42,138 nt of DNA, taken from a virus (Duplodnaviria; Caudoviricetes). Of the stretch, positions 35,053 through 42,138 are shown piece by piece. The notes below the pieces were generated by a model that was given only the letters and a program-made list of their open reading frames with translations, had not been told where the DNA came from and searched no databases. Every line of letters begins with the position of its first letter. Position 1 is the stretch's first letter. The DNA is taken from the IMG/VR virus record IMGVR_UViG_3300023095_000004, positions 1 to 42,138 of that record. One strand, 5' to 3'. Both the position numbers and the translations under genes were made by a program.

Positions 35053-36006
35053 ATGACCGAACTGAACACACGCAGGTTTTACCGAAAGCCCTTCGGGGTT
35101 GATGCGGTGCAGGTGACGGAAGAGAACCTCGGCGCCATCACGTCGTGGTGCGACGGCAATCTCAAGGTCGAGTGGACCGCGGCCGGCCAGGCCAAGAACT
35201 ACGTCAAAGTCCCGGTGCTCATGCCGCTGAATGAGCGTCAGGAGAAGGCCTACGTCGGAGATTGGGTTCTCAAGTCCGAGACGGGTTGGAAGGTATACAC
35301 CGACCGGGCGTTCCACAAGGCTTTCGCACCGGATCTGATCATGCACTTTCCAGGCGAATTCCCCGAGTTCACAGGACTCATGACCGACGAAGAATTGGCC
35401 GATGCCGTTGTCTTTGGAAAAGAACTTGCTACGAATTATCCGGAGCCGGAAGATCTTCGTCGGTTGCATCGAGACATCGCCGAGGGTAAGCGTTTGGATG
35501 ACGACGCTCTCGAGTTGGAAGTGGTGGATGTTCTGCAGCTTATCAAGCAGGAGACGGACGGCGCCATCGTCAACGAGTTCAACAAGGAATTCAATCGGAC
35601 GGCCGGTGCAAACGTACTTCCGGTGATTGATAATGATCAGTTGAGGGAGATGACCGCTGGAACGTGGGAACCTCCGAAGCTCGAGACAATCCACATGGTG
35701 GGTTCTGACGCCTATTACGAGGGTTATCAGTTTCTCATCACTGATGGGGATGCTCGAGTGCCACACTTCATCATCACTTGGGCCGAAGAGAACAACGGAG
35801 GTTGGTTCGACGTCAACGATGCCAACAAACCTCTTCCCAGGCAAGGAGTGGGCATCGACGCTGCAGACGGCGCCATGGTTGTGATCAACAACGGAATCCC
35901 CTATAAGGTAGGGGATAAAGACTGGGTACTCCGGAACAAGAAAAGTGGCAAGTTCTTCATCATCGGAGAAAAACACATCGATGGTGTAAGCTACATCGTT
36001 CTTTAA
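35053..36006 (+). CDS. Hypothetical protein with duplicated RKP..V.AVQ / GDW(V/I)L(K/R) domain
   Basis: YRKPFGVDAVQ...AYVGDWVLKS at the N-terminus; VGDKDWVLRN..GKFFI at the C-terminus. Confidence 0.65.
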   Translation: MTELNTRRFYRKPFGVDAVQVTEENLGAITSWCDGNLKVEWTAAGQAKNYVKVPVLMPLNERQEKAYVGDWVLKSETGWKVYTDRAFHKAFAPDLIMHFPGEFPEFTGLMTDEELADAVVFGKELATNYPEPEDLRRLHRDIAEGKRLDDDALELEVVDVLQLIKQETDGAIVNEFNKEFNRTAGANVLPVIDNDQLREMTAGTWEPPKLETIHMVGSDAYYEGYQFLITDGDARVPHFIITWAEENNGGWFDVNDANKPLPRQGVGIDAADGAMVVINNGIPYKVGDKDWVLRNKKSGKFFIIGEKHIDGVSYIVL

Positions 36007-36013
36007 CCAATCT

Positions 36014-36069
36014 TGGGTGGTCTCAGGGGCGTAATGCTCTTGGGACCACCCATCCGGGTTTTTCTTTTT
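36014..36069 (+). terminator. Rho-independent terminator-like hairpin
   Basis: 17-bp stem with 3 G:U pairs, TGGGTGGTCTCAGGGGC-GTAAT-GCTCTTGGGACCACCCA, then a T-rich tract. Confidence 0.7.
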
Positions 36070-36084
36070 GTATAGAGAGGTAAA

Positions 36085-36369
36085 ATGGACGACAACCAAT
36101 TCCTTGAGGCCGCATCGACCCACCATACGAAACGTATGTTGCAAATCATTCAGGTAGCATTAGGAGTAAAGGCGACCGGTGAGTACGACGAAGCAACAGA
36201 GCAGGCCATTGCCGATTTCCAACGTTACTTCAACCGAGCAGAAGCTCCGCCCACACCAAGCCCTCGCGTTGGACAAACTTTCCAACGGAAAGATACTCTG
36301 CGGAGGCGTTGGCTCCGGGAAAACGAAAGTAGCAATAGCGTACTACCTGAAACAGGAGGCACCACGTGA
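36085..36369 (+). CDS. Small protein with peptidoglycan-binding-like motif
   Basis: GAGAGG RBS; IQVALGVKATGEYDEATEQAIADFQR; overlaps the helicase ORF. Confidence 0.5.
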   Translation: MDDNQFLEAASTHHTKRMLQIIQVALGVKATGEYDEATEQAIADFQRYFNRAEAPPTPSPRVGQTFQRKDTLRRRWLRENESSNSVLPETGGTT

Positions 36370-37480
36370 CATCATCGTCATCACCACCGCGAAAAAGCGG
36401 GACTCGCTTGATTGGGACACTGAAGCAGTACGTTACGGAATTGGGACTCGACGCGACGCCACAACAGCTGGAGTACTTACTGTCGATTCGTGGAACAATC
36501 TTGGGAAATACCGTGACCGTCGAGGATGCTTTTTTATCTTTGATGAACAGCGACTCGTTGGAGCTGGAGATTGGTCCAAATCTTTTCTACAAATTGTACA
36601 GGCCAATCGGTGGATACTCCTCACGGCAACGCCAGGCGATACGTGGCTTGACTACATTCCTGTATTCATCGCGAACGGATTCTTCAAGAACCGAACTGAG
36701 TTCAAGCGAGAGCACGTCGTCTATAACAGCTTCAGCAAGTTCCCCAAAGTCGACAGATACGTCGGAGTGGGGAAGCTTCTACGGCTTCGACATTCTCTAT
36801 TAGTAGAGATGCCGTACGAGCGGCACACAACTCGTATCCACAAAGACGTGCTCGTTTCCCATGACGAGCAAGCATTCGAAAGGGTGTTGAAAGGAAGATG
36901 GAACGTTTTCGAAAATCGACCCCTCAGGGATGTCGGCGAGCTTTACTCGGTGATGAGGAAAGTTGCGAACTCATCGCCATCAAGGATCGACAAAGTGTCT
37001 ACCTTAATACGTCGACATCCAAAGCTGATTGTGTTCTACAACTTCGACTACGAGCTGGAGGCACTGCGATCGCTTGCGAAGACTTTGACAAACGACCATG
37101 CAAAGGGAATGTCAACGTCTGCGTCGGAGAAGGGTGCTACAACGAGTCCTGTATTCGCGGAGTGGAACGGACACAAACACCAGCCGATCCCGAGCACTGA
37201 TTCCTGGGTTTATCTGGTTCAGTACACAGCTGGGGCAGAAGGATGGAACTGTACAGAGACGGATGCGATGGTGTTCTACTCGCTGAATTACTCGTATAAG
37301 ATCTACGAGCAAGCGCAAGGACGCATCGATCGGCTCGACACACCCTTCGTGAACCTGTACTACTACACTCTCATGAGTACTTCCCTCATCGATAAATTGG
37401 TGAAAAAAGCGCTGATTTCGAAGCAAAACTTCAACGAGGGCAGAAATCGCAGTTTTGACACAGACCTTGTAGCAGCATAA
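36179..37480 (+). CDS. SNF2-like superfamily 2 helicase (start uncertain)
   Basis: LRPHQ, GGVGSGKT, FIFDEQ, LTATPG, AGAEGWN and QAQGRIDR motifs. Confidence 0.88.
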   Translation: MSTTKQQSRPLPISNVTSTEQKLRPHQALALDKLSNGKILCGGVGSGKTKVAIAYYLKQEAPRDIIVITTAKKRDSLDWDTEAVRYGIGTRRDATTAGVLTVDSWNNLGKYRDRRGCFFIFDEQRLVGAGDWSKSFLQIVQANRWILLTATPGDTWLDYIPVFIANGFFKNRTEFKREHVVYNSFSKFPKVDRYVGVGKLLRLRHSLLVEMPYERHTTRIHKDVLVSHDEQAFERVLKGRWNVFENRPLRDVGELYSVMRKVANSSPSRIDKVSTLIRRHPKLIVFYNFDYELEALRSLAKTLTNDHAKGMSTSASEKGATTSPVFAEWNGHKHQPIPSTDSWVYLVQYTAGAEGWNCTETDAMVFYSLNYSYKIYEQAQGRIDRLDTPFVNLYYYTLMSTSLIDKLVKKALISKQNFNEGRNRSFDTDLVAA

Positions 37481-37627
37481 CTGCAGGTCAGAGGTGGTTT
37501 TTAGCCTCATGTCAAAACTGTCATTTTAGTAGTATAACTCTTTACGCGAAGTTAAGTTAATAATATAAGAGTATTATGAAGTATGATTTACAAAACGAGT
37601 TTGCCTCCGATTTTTGTGGTTTTGACA
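37450..37627. other. AT-rich intergenic region with GTTTTGACA repeats (origin candidate)
   Basis: CAGTTTTGACA at 37450-37460 inverted at 37510-37520, direct GTTTTGACA at 37619-37627, AT-rich core. Confidence 0.45.
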
Positions 37628-37641
37628 GTAGAGGAGAAAGA

Positions 37642-38136
37642 GTGAGTGATTGGGTTCCGATTCCCGATACTGAGCATCATGAGATCAACGACCAAGGAGA
37701 GATTAGATATAGACCCACAGCCCGCCTCCGTAAACCTTCGCTTAACCAGCAAGGCATCCCGTTCATCATCCTCCCGTTTCTATCGTTCGATCGGCCGACA
37801 ACAAAGTCGCTAGCAGTTCTAGTGGCCGAGTCGTTCGTGCCCGGTAAAGATGGTCTGTGTAATTCAGTCATCTGTCTGAACGGAGATCGGGAAGACTGTC
37901 GTGCTGTGAATCTGCGATGGCGCCCTCGACACTTTGCTATCGCGTATCACAAACAGTTGACTCTTCCGCGTCCAGCGATTGTCGTTCCTATTCGAGAGAT
38001 CGATAGCGAAGAAGAATTTGAAGACAGTCGACATGCTGCACAGCATTATGGCCTTCTCGAAAGAAACATCGCCACATCCGTAGTAGGAGGAAACTCCTGC
38101 TTCCCCACAAGCCAGAGATTTGAGTTGATTCGCTGA
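37642..38136 (+). CDS. NUMOD4/HNH-like protein
   Basis: WVPIP...EINDQGEI, LVAESFV and LNGDREDCRAVNLRW; GTG start after GAGGAG. Confidence 0.75.
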   Translation: MSDWVPIPDTEHHEINDQGEIRYRPTARLRKPSLNQQGIPFIILPFLSFDRPTTKSLAVLVAESFVPGKDGLCNSVICLNGDREDCRAVNLRWRPRHFAIAYHKQLTLPRPAIVVPIREIDSEEEFEDSRHAAQHYGLLERNIATSVVGGNSCFPTSQRFELIR

Positions 38137-38149
38137 CTACATTATTACC

Positions 38150-38174
38150 ACGCACATAAATCACACAATGTAAT
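38150..38174 (+). promoter_or_regulatory. Phage promoter motif copy 6, upstream of the nuclease-RNAP operon
   Basis: ACGCA-cataaatCACacaa-TGTAAT. Confidence 0.7.
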
Positions 38175-38191
38175 AGAAGGAATGTGTCTCT

Positions 38192-38638
38192 ATGGTAAGA
38201 AGAGAAAACGCATACCAAGCATACCTGATCAAACGACTTAGGGATCTATTCCCGGATTGTTTGATTTTGAAAAATGATCCCAACTACCTCCAAGGTATTC
38301 CGGATCTCCTCATTCTTAACGGGCCTTTGTGGGTTGCTCTCGAAGTGAAAGCCTCTCGCAATGCGCTAACACAAAGCAACCAACGGTATTATGTGGAAGA
38401 AATGAATGGGATGGCTTTCGCCGCGTTCATCTTCCCCGAGAATGAGGAGGAAATTCTCTATGCAATTCAACGTACATTCAGCTCTCGTCGGATTGCACGC
38501 CTTCCTAAGTCCGAGTACGTACCACTGGCTGAATTACGACGAAGCAAAACTCGAAGCCCGATACCGAACAGCGTCAGCGGCTCGCCGGGGAACACAACTC
38601 CACGAGCTCGCTTGCGATCTGATCAAACTCGGGGTTAA
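38192..38638 (+). CDS. VRR-NUC-like PD-(D/E)XK nuclease
   Basis: RENAYQ, QGIPDLLIL, ALEVK and SNQRYY; C-terminal tail overlaps the next gene. Confidence 0.8.
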   Translation: MVRRENAYQAYLIKRLRDLFPDCLILKNDPNYLQGIPDLLILNGPLWVALEVKASRNALTQSNQRYYVEEMNGMAFAAFIFPENEEEILYAIQRTFSSRRIARLPKSEYVPLAELRRSKTRSPIPNSVSGSPGNTTPRARLRSDQTRG

Positions 38639-39017
38639 GCTTCCCGATACTCAGCAAACTCTGAATCTTTACGTCAATGACGCCATCGGATTCAGAATGG
38701 TGCCCGAGCAAGTTCTTTACTATTCGGATAACTGCTTTGGTACTGCGGATGCGATCTCTTTCCGGAATCAGATTCTTCGAATTTCGGATTTGAAAACCGG
38801 CGTTACTCCCACATCAGAAAAGCAGCTAGAAGTCTATGCCGCCATTTGGTGTCTTGAGTATCGCACCCCTCCGCACGGAATCGACATTGAGCTTCGCATC
38901 TATCAAGATGATAGCGTTCGAATCTATGAAGCCGATCCTGACGACATCAAAGTCTATATGGACAAGATCGTAGCATTCAGTGCCTTCATCGACAACCTGA
39001 AGGAAGGAGGGCTTTAG
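38460..39017 (+). CDS. PD-(D/E)XK (Cas4/RecB-like) exonuclease
   Basis: HAFLSPS, RGTQLHE, FGTADAI, DLKTG and QLEVYA; GAGGAGG RBS before ATG 38460. Confidence 0.8.
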   Translation: MQFNVHSALVGLHAFLSPSTYHWLNYDEAKLEARYRTASAARRGTQLHELACDLIKLGVKLPDTQQTLNLYVNDAIGFRMVPEQVLYYSDNCFGTADAISFRNQILRISDLKTGVTPTSEKQLEVYAAIWCLEYRTPPHGIDIELRIYQDDSVRIYEADPDDIKVYMDKIVAFSAFIDNLKEGGL

Positions 39018-41749
39018 TGGAGTTTTCAGAAGAGGCGTATCTCGCTCATTATGGAATCGCCAGACGAAGTGGCCGCTATCCTTGGGGTAGTGGAGGCGAA
39101 GAAGACGGCTCTACTGAAGTCGGCCGGAACAAGTCGTTCTTAGACTACGTAAACGTCATGCGTAAAGAAGGAATGACTGAGACTCAGATTGCCACTGCTG
39201 TCGGTATGACCACAACCGAATTGCGTGCTGCTCGCAGTATTGCAAAGAACGTCACCAAATCTGCCGACATTGCTATGGCGCAACGTCTTAAAGACAAGGG
39301 TTGGTCAAACGTCGCTATTGGTGATCGTATGGGCATCCCCGAATCTACTGTTCGCTCTTTTCTGAAAGAGGGCGAAACAGAAAAACTCGACATTTTGAAA
39401 ACCACTTCTTCAATGCTCAAATCTCAAGTTGACGAGAAGGGCTTTGTTGATGTGGGTTCGGGCGTTGAGAATCTTGTTGGTGTCTCTAGGGACAAACTGA
39501 ACGTTGCTATGGCCATGTTGAAGCAAGAGGGCTATGAAGTCCACACTTTCAACATTACCACGGCTTTGGGCAACAACACTCGCATGAAAGTTCTCGGTCC
39601 TCCTGGTAGTACTCAAAAAGAGGCTTGGATGGCTCGGAATGAGATTCGCCAGATTCAGGAGCACAGTGAAGATGGTGGACGAACCTTTCTTGGCATGGCG
39701 CCGCCTCTATCTATCGATTCTAAGCGAGTTGGGATTCGATACGCGGAAGAAGGCGGAACTGATGCCGATGGCGTGATCTATGTTCGCCCTGGAGTCGAAG
39801 ATGTCTCTTTGGGTGGATCTAGGTATGCGCAAGTTCGCGTTGCTGTTGATGGTTCACACTATTTGAAAGGTATGGCCATCTACAAAGATGACCTGCCCGA
39901 AGGTGTGGATTTGTTGTTCAACACGAACAAATCCGATACCGGCAACAAACTTGATGCTTTGAAGCCCATGAAGAAAGATCCTAATGATGAATCGAAAGTC
40001 GATCCCGACAATCCTTTCGGATCTTCGATCAAACCGGGTGGACAGCTAACTACAACTGTAGATGGTAAGCAAGTTGCCACTTCTGTGATGAACAAGGTAA
40101 ACGAAGCTGGCGATTGGAACGATTGGTCTAGAAACCTTTCGTCTCAGATGCTTTCTAAGCAAAGTCCATCTTTGGCGAAAACTCAACTCGACATGACTTT
40201 TGAAAGAAAGAAAAACGAGCTTGAGGACATTCTTTCACTTACAAACCCCGTTGTGAAAGAAAGACTTCTTCGTTCTTACTCAGATGACGTTGATGCGGCT
40301 GCTGCTCATCTAAAAGCCGCCGCTTTACCTCGACAAGCAACAAAAGTCATTCTTCCTGTTTCTTCGCTTAAGGACAACGAGATCTATGCTCCCACCTTCC
40401 GAGACGGCGAAACTGTTGCGCTTGTTCGATTCCCTCACGGAGGAACTTTCGAAATACCCGAACTCGTGGTTAATAACCGTGAGCCTGGTGCGAAAAAGAT
40501 TTTGGGTCAAGCAACAGATGCTGTCGGTATCAACGCTCGCGTTGCCGAACGATTATCGGGGGCGGATTTCGATGGTGATTCAGTACTCGTCATTCCGAAC
40601 GATTCTCAAAAAATTAGGACACAGCCGGCCCTCGAAGCTCTAAAAGGCTTCGATACAAAGCGGTCCTATCCGGCGGTTCCTGGAACTTCGTTTTCAGGAA
40701 ACACACAGCACCTCATGGGCGATGTTTCGAATCTGATCACCGACATGACTATCAAAGGCGCCAATTCGGCCGAACTAGCTCGAGCAGTCCGGCATTCTAT
40801 GGTTGTCATTGATGCTGAGAAACACAATCTGAATTACAAACAATCTGCCATTGACAACGGCATTCGTCAGCTCAAAGAAAAGTATCAACGTAGGGAAAAC
40901 GGTACTGCTGGTGGCGCCTCAACTATCGTCTCTAGAGCAGGCTCTGATGTAAGAGTTCTTGATCGTAAGGCAAGGCCCGCTTCTGAGGGTGGGGCAATCA
41001 ATCGAGAAACAGGCGAACTTGAGTACGTCCCTACCGGCAGGACGATTAAGACTAAGTCTGTGGATGCCTATGGTAATGAGACTATTACCGAAACGCCTAG
41101 GCAGATTAAGGTTAAGAGACTTGCTGAAGCCAAGGATGCGCATTCTCTGATTACTGGTGTAGGTACACCTATGGAGAAGCTGTATGCAGACCATTCTAAC
41201 AAACTTAAGGCTTTGGCTAACCAAGCCCGCCTTGAGGTTCTTAAGACTACGCCAACTCCTTACTCGCCCTCTGCTAAGGCCGTATACAAGCCCGAAGTAG
41301 ACCGCCTTATGGCTAGCCTTAATGTGGCTTTGCGTAACCGCCCTCTTGAGAGGCAAGCTCAGATCACAGCTAATGCCTTTGTCTCTGCTCGACGACAAGC
41401 GAATCCTGGTATGGATTCAGACGCCACCAAGAAATTACATACCCAGGCCCTCCAGGAAGCCCGCCTCCGTATAGGTGCCCATAAGGAATTAATTCAGATA
41501 GACGACCGACAGTGGGAAGCCATTCAGGCTGGTGCTATCAGTCCTTCTAAGCTGAAAGACATCCTTACTAACACCGATCTAGATCAGATCAAACAGAGGG
41601 CCATGCCTAGGATAGCACCAGTCATGAGTCCTACTAAGCAAGCACGTGCTAAGCAGATGCTAGGCCTAGGCTATACACAGGCTGAGATAGCAGATGCCCT
41701 AGGCGTGCCTGTATCAACGCTCACATCTAGCATCAAGGAGGGATCATGA
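39017..41749 (+). CDS. Putative single-subunit two-barrel RNA polymerase with three HTH motifs
   Basis: AERLSGADFDGDSVLVIP catalytic loop, upstream LVRFPH, and AQVR...YLKGM; HTH motifs at both termini. Confidence 0.75.
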   Translation: MEFSEEAYLAHYGIARRSGRYPWGSGGEEDGSTEVGRNKSFLDYVNVMRKEGMTETQIATAVGMTTTELRAARSIAKNVTKSADIAMAQRLKDKGWSNVAIGDRMGIPESTVRSFLKEGETEKLDILKTTSSMLKSQVDEKGFVDVGSGVENLVGVSRDKLNVAMAMLKQEGYEVHTFNITTALGNNTRMKVLGPPGSTQKEAWMARNEIRQIQEHSEDGGRTFLGMAPPLSIDSKRVGIRYAEEGGTDADGVIYVRPGVEDVSLGGSRYAQVRVAVDGSHYLKGMAIYKDDLPEGVDLLFNTNKSDTGNKLDALKPMKKDPNDESKVDPDNPFGSSIKPGGQLTTTVDGKQVATSVMNKVNEAGDWNDWSRNLSSQMLSKQSPSLAKTQLDMTFERKKNELEDILSLTNPVVKERLLRSYSDDVDAAAAHLKAAALPRQATKVILPVSSLKDNEIYAPTFRDGETVALVRFPHGGTFEIPELVVNNREPGAKKILGQATDAVGINARVAERLSGADFDGDSVLVIPNDSQKIRTQPALEALKGFDTKRSYPAVPGTSFSGNTQHLMGDVSNLITDMTIKGANSAELARAVRHSMVVIDAEKHNLNYKQSAIDNGIRQLKEKYQRRENGTAGGASTIVSRAGSDVRVLDRKARPASEGGAINRETGELEYVPTGRTIKTKSVDAYGNETITETPRQIKVKRLAEAKDAHSLITGVGTPMEKLYADHSNKLKALANQARLEVLKTTPTPYSPSAKAVYKPEVDRLMASLNVALRNRPLERQAQITANAFVSARRQANPGMDSDATKKLHTQALQEARLRIGAHKELIQIDDRQWEAIQAGAISPSKLKDILTNTDLDQIKQRAMPRIAPVMSPTKQARAKQMLGLGYTQAEIADALGVPVSTLTSSIKEGS

Positions 41750-42009
41750 GTACCACTGTAATGCTTACCACAGTAGACAACCCATTCGATCCCTTCACTC
41801 ACTACATAGAGTGGGATGCATGGGATAGAGCAGCTGGCTACTACACTAATGGATTGCTAGCAAGGATAGCAATCACTTCAGATGACACATCCCCCGCCTC
41901 ACAGGCAGCTGCCATCCAGGCAGCGATGGAGGAAATTGTTAATGAAAACGTTTCTGGCGTGCACCGCCTAGCCGTAGCCAGCATGGGAGTGGGTAACGAA
42001 AAAGACTGA
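41746..42009 (+). CDS. Conserved small hypothetical protein coupled to the RNAP-like gene
   Basis: MLTTVDNPFDPF motif; AAGGAGG RBS; ATGA overlap. Confidence 0.8.
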   Translation: MSTTVMLTTVDNPFDPFTHYIEWDAWDRAAGYYTNGLLARIAITSDDTSPASQAAAIQAAMEEIVNENVSGVHRLAVASMGVGNEKD

Positions 42010-42102
42010 CAACGAAAACGTTGCCGGCTTTTGCCCAACCCAAAAGAAAAAAGCAAAAGAAAAAAGAAAAAGTCCACGATTCCGGGAGTTCAAAGGGATG
42101 GG

Positions 42103-42132
42103 AGGGGGGGTCTCGCAAAAATGACCCCCCCT
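42103..42132. other. Terminal hairpin (packaging/end-associated element)
   Basis: AGGGGGGGTC-TCGCAAAAAT-GACCCCCCCT, 10-bp perfect stem ending 6 nt from the window end. Confidence 0.65.
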
Positions 42133-42138
42133 GTGGAT

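Noticed and set aside
37448-37472. Possible seventh promoter copy, TCGCAgttttgaCAC
   Set aside because: It has CGCA and the spaced CAC but lacks TRTAAT at the required position.
1-42138. Integrase, repressor, reverse transcriptase/DGR, tRNA or rRNA genes
   Set aside because: No supporting motifs or cloverleaf structures were seen by eye, and intergenic space is small. tRNAscan-SE and HMM searches would be needed to exclude them formally.

Overview
The window looks like a complete or nearly complete ~42 kb linear genome of a long-tailed (siphovirus-like) dsDNA phage, probably of an actinobacterium (host inferred from GC content and protein style only). Every credible gene is on the + strand, and I see no integrase or repressor. 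Gene order: an inverted-repeat-flanked secreted-protein gene, putative small terminase, HNH, endolysin, SGNH hydrolase, head genes (terminase, portal, protease-capsid fusion), tail genes (three major-tail-protein paralogs, collar fibre, tape measure, Dit, minor tail) and holins. Next come an array of small self-contained gene cassettes (22.6-26.1 kb), a one-polypeptide helicase-primase-PolB, a candidate anti-defence cluster, SSB, SNF2-like helicase, an AT-rich origin candidate, nucleases and a 910-aa HTH-bearing protein with an RNA-polymerase ADFDGD motif. The best candidate for a new system is a compact phage transcription system. It combines a very small two-barrel (YonO/cellular-RdRP-like) RNA polymerase with three sigma-like HTHs, six copies of a non-canonical promoter WCGCA-N2-W5-CAY-N4-TRTAAT, and covarying hairpins with an invariant CTAACAC loop that close the small gene cassettes. 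All product calls come from motif recognition by eye; no database searches were run.
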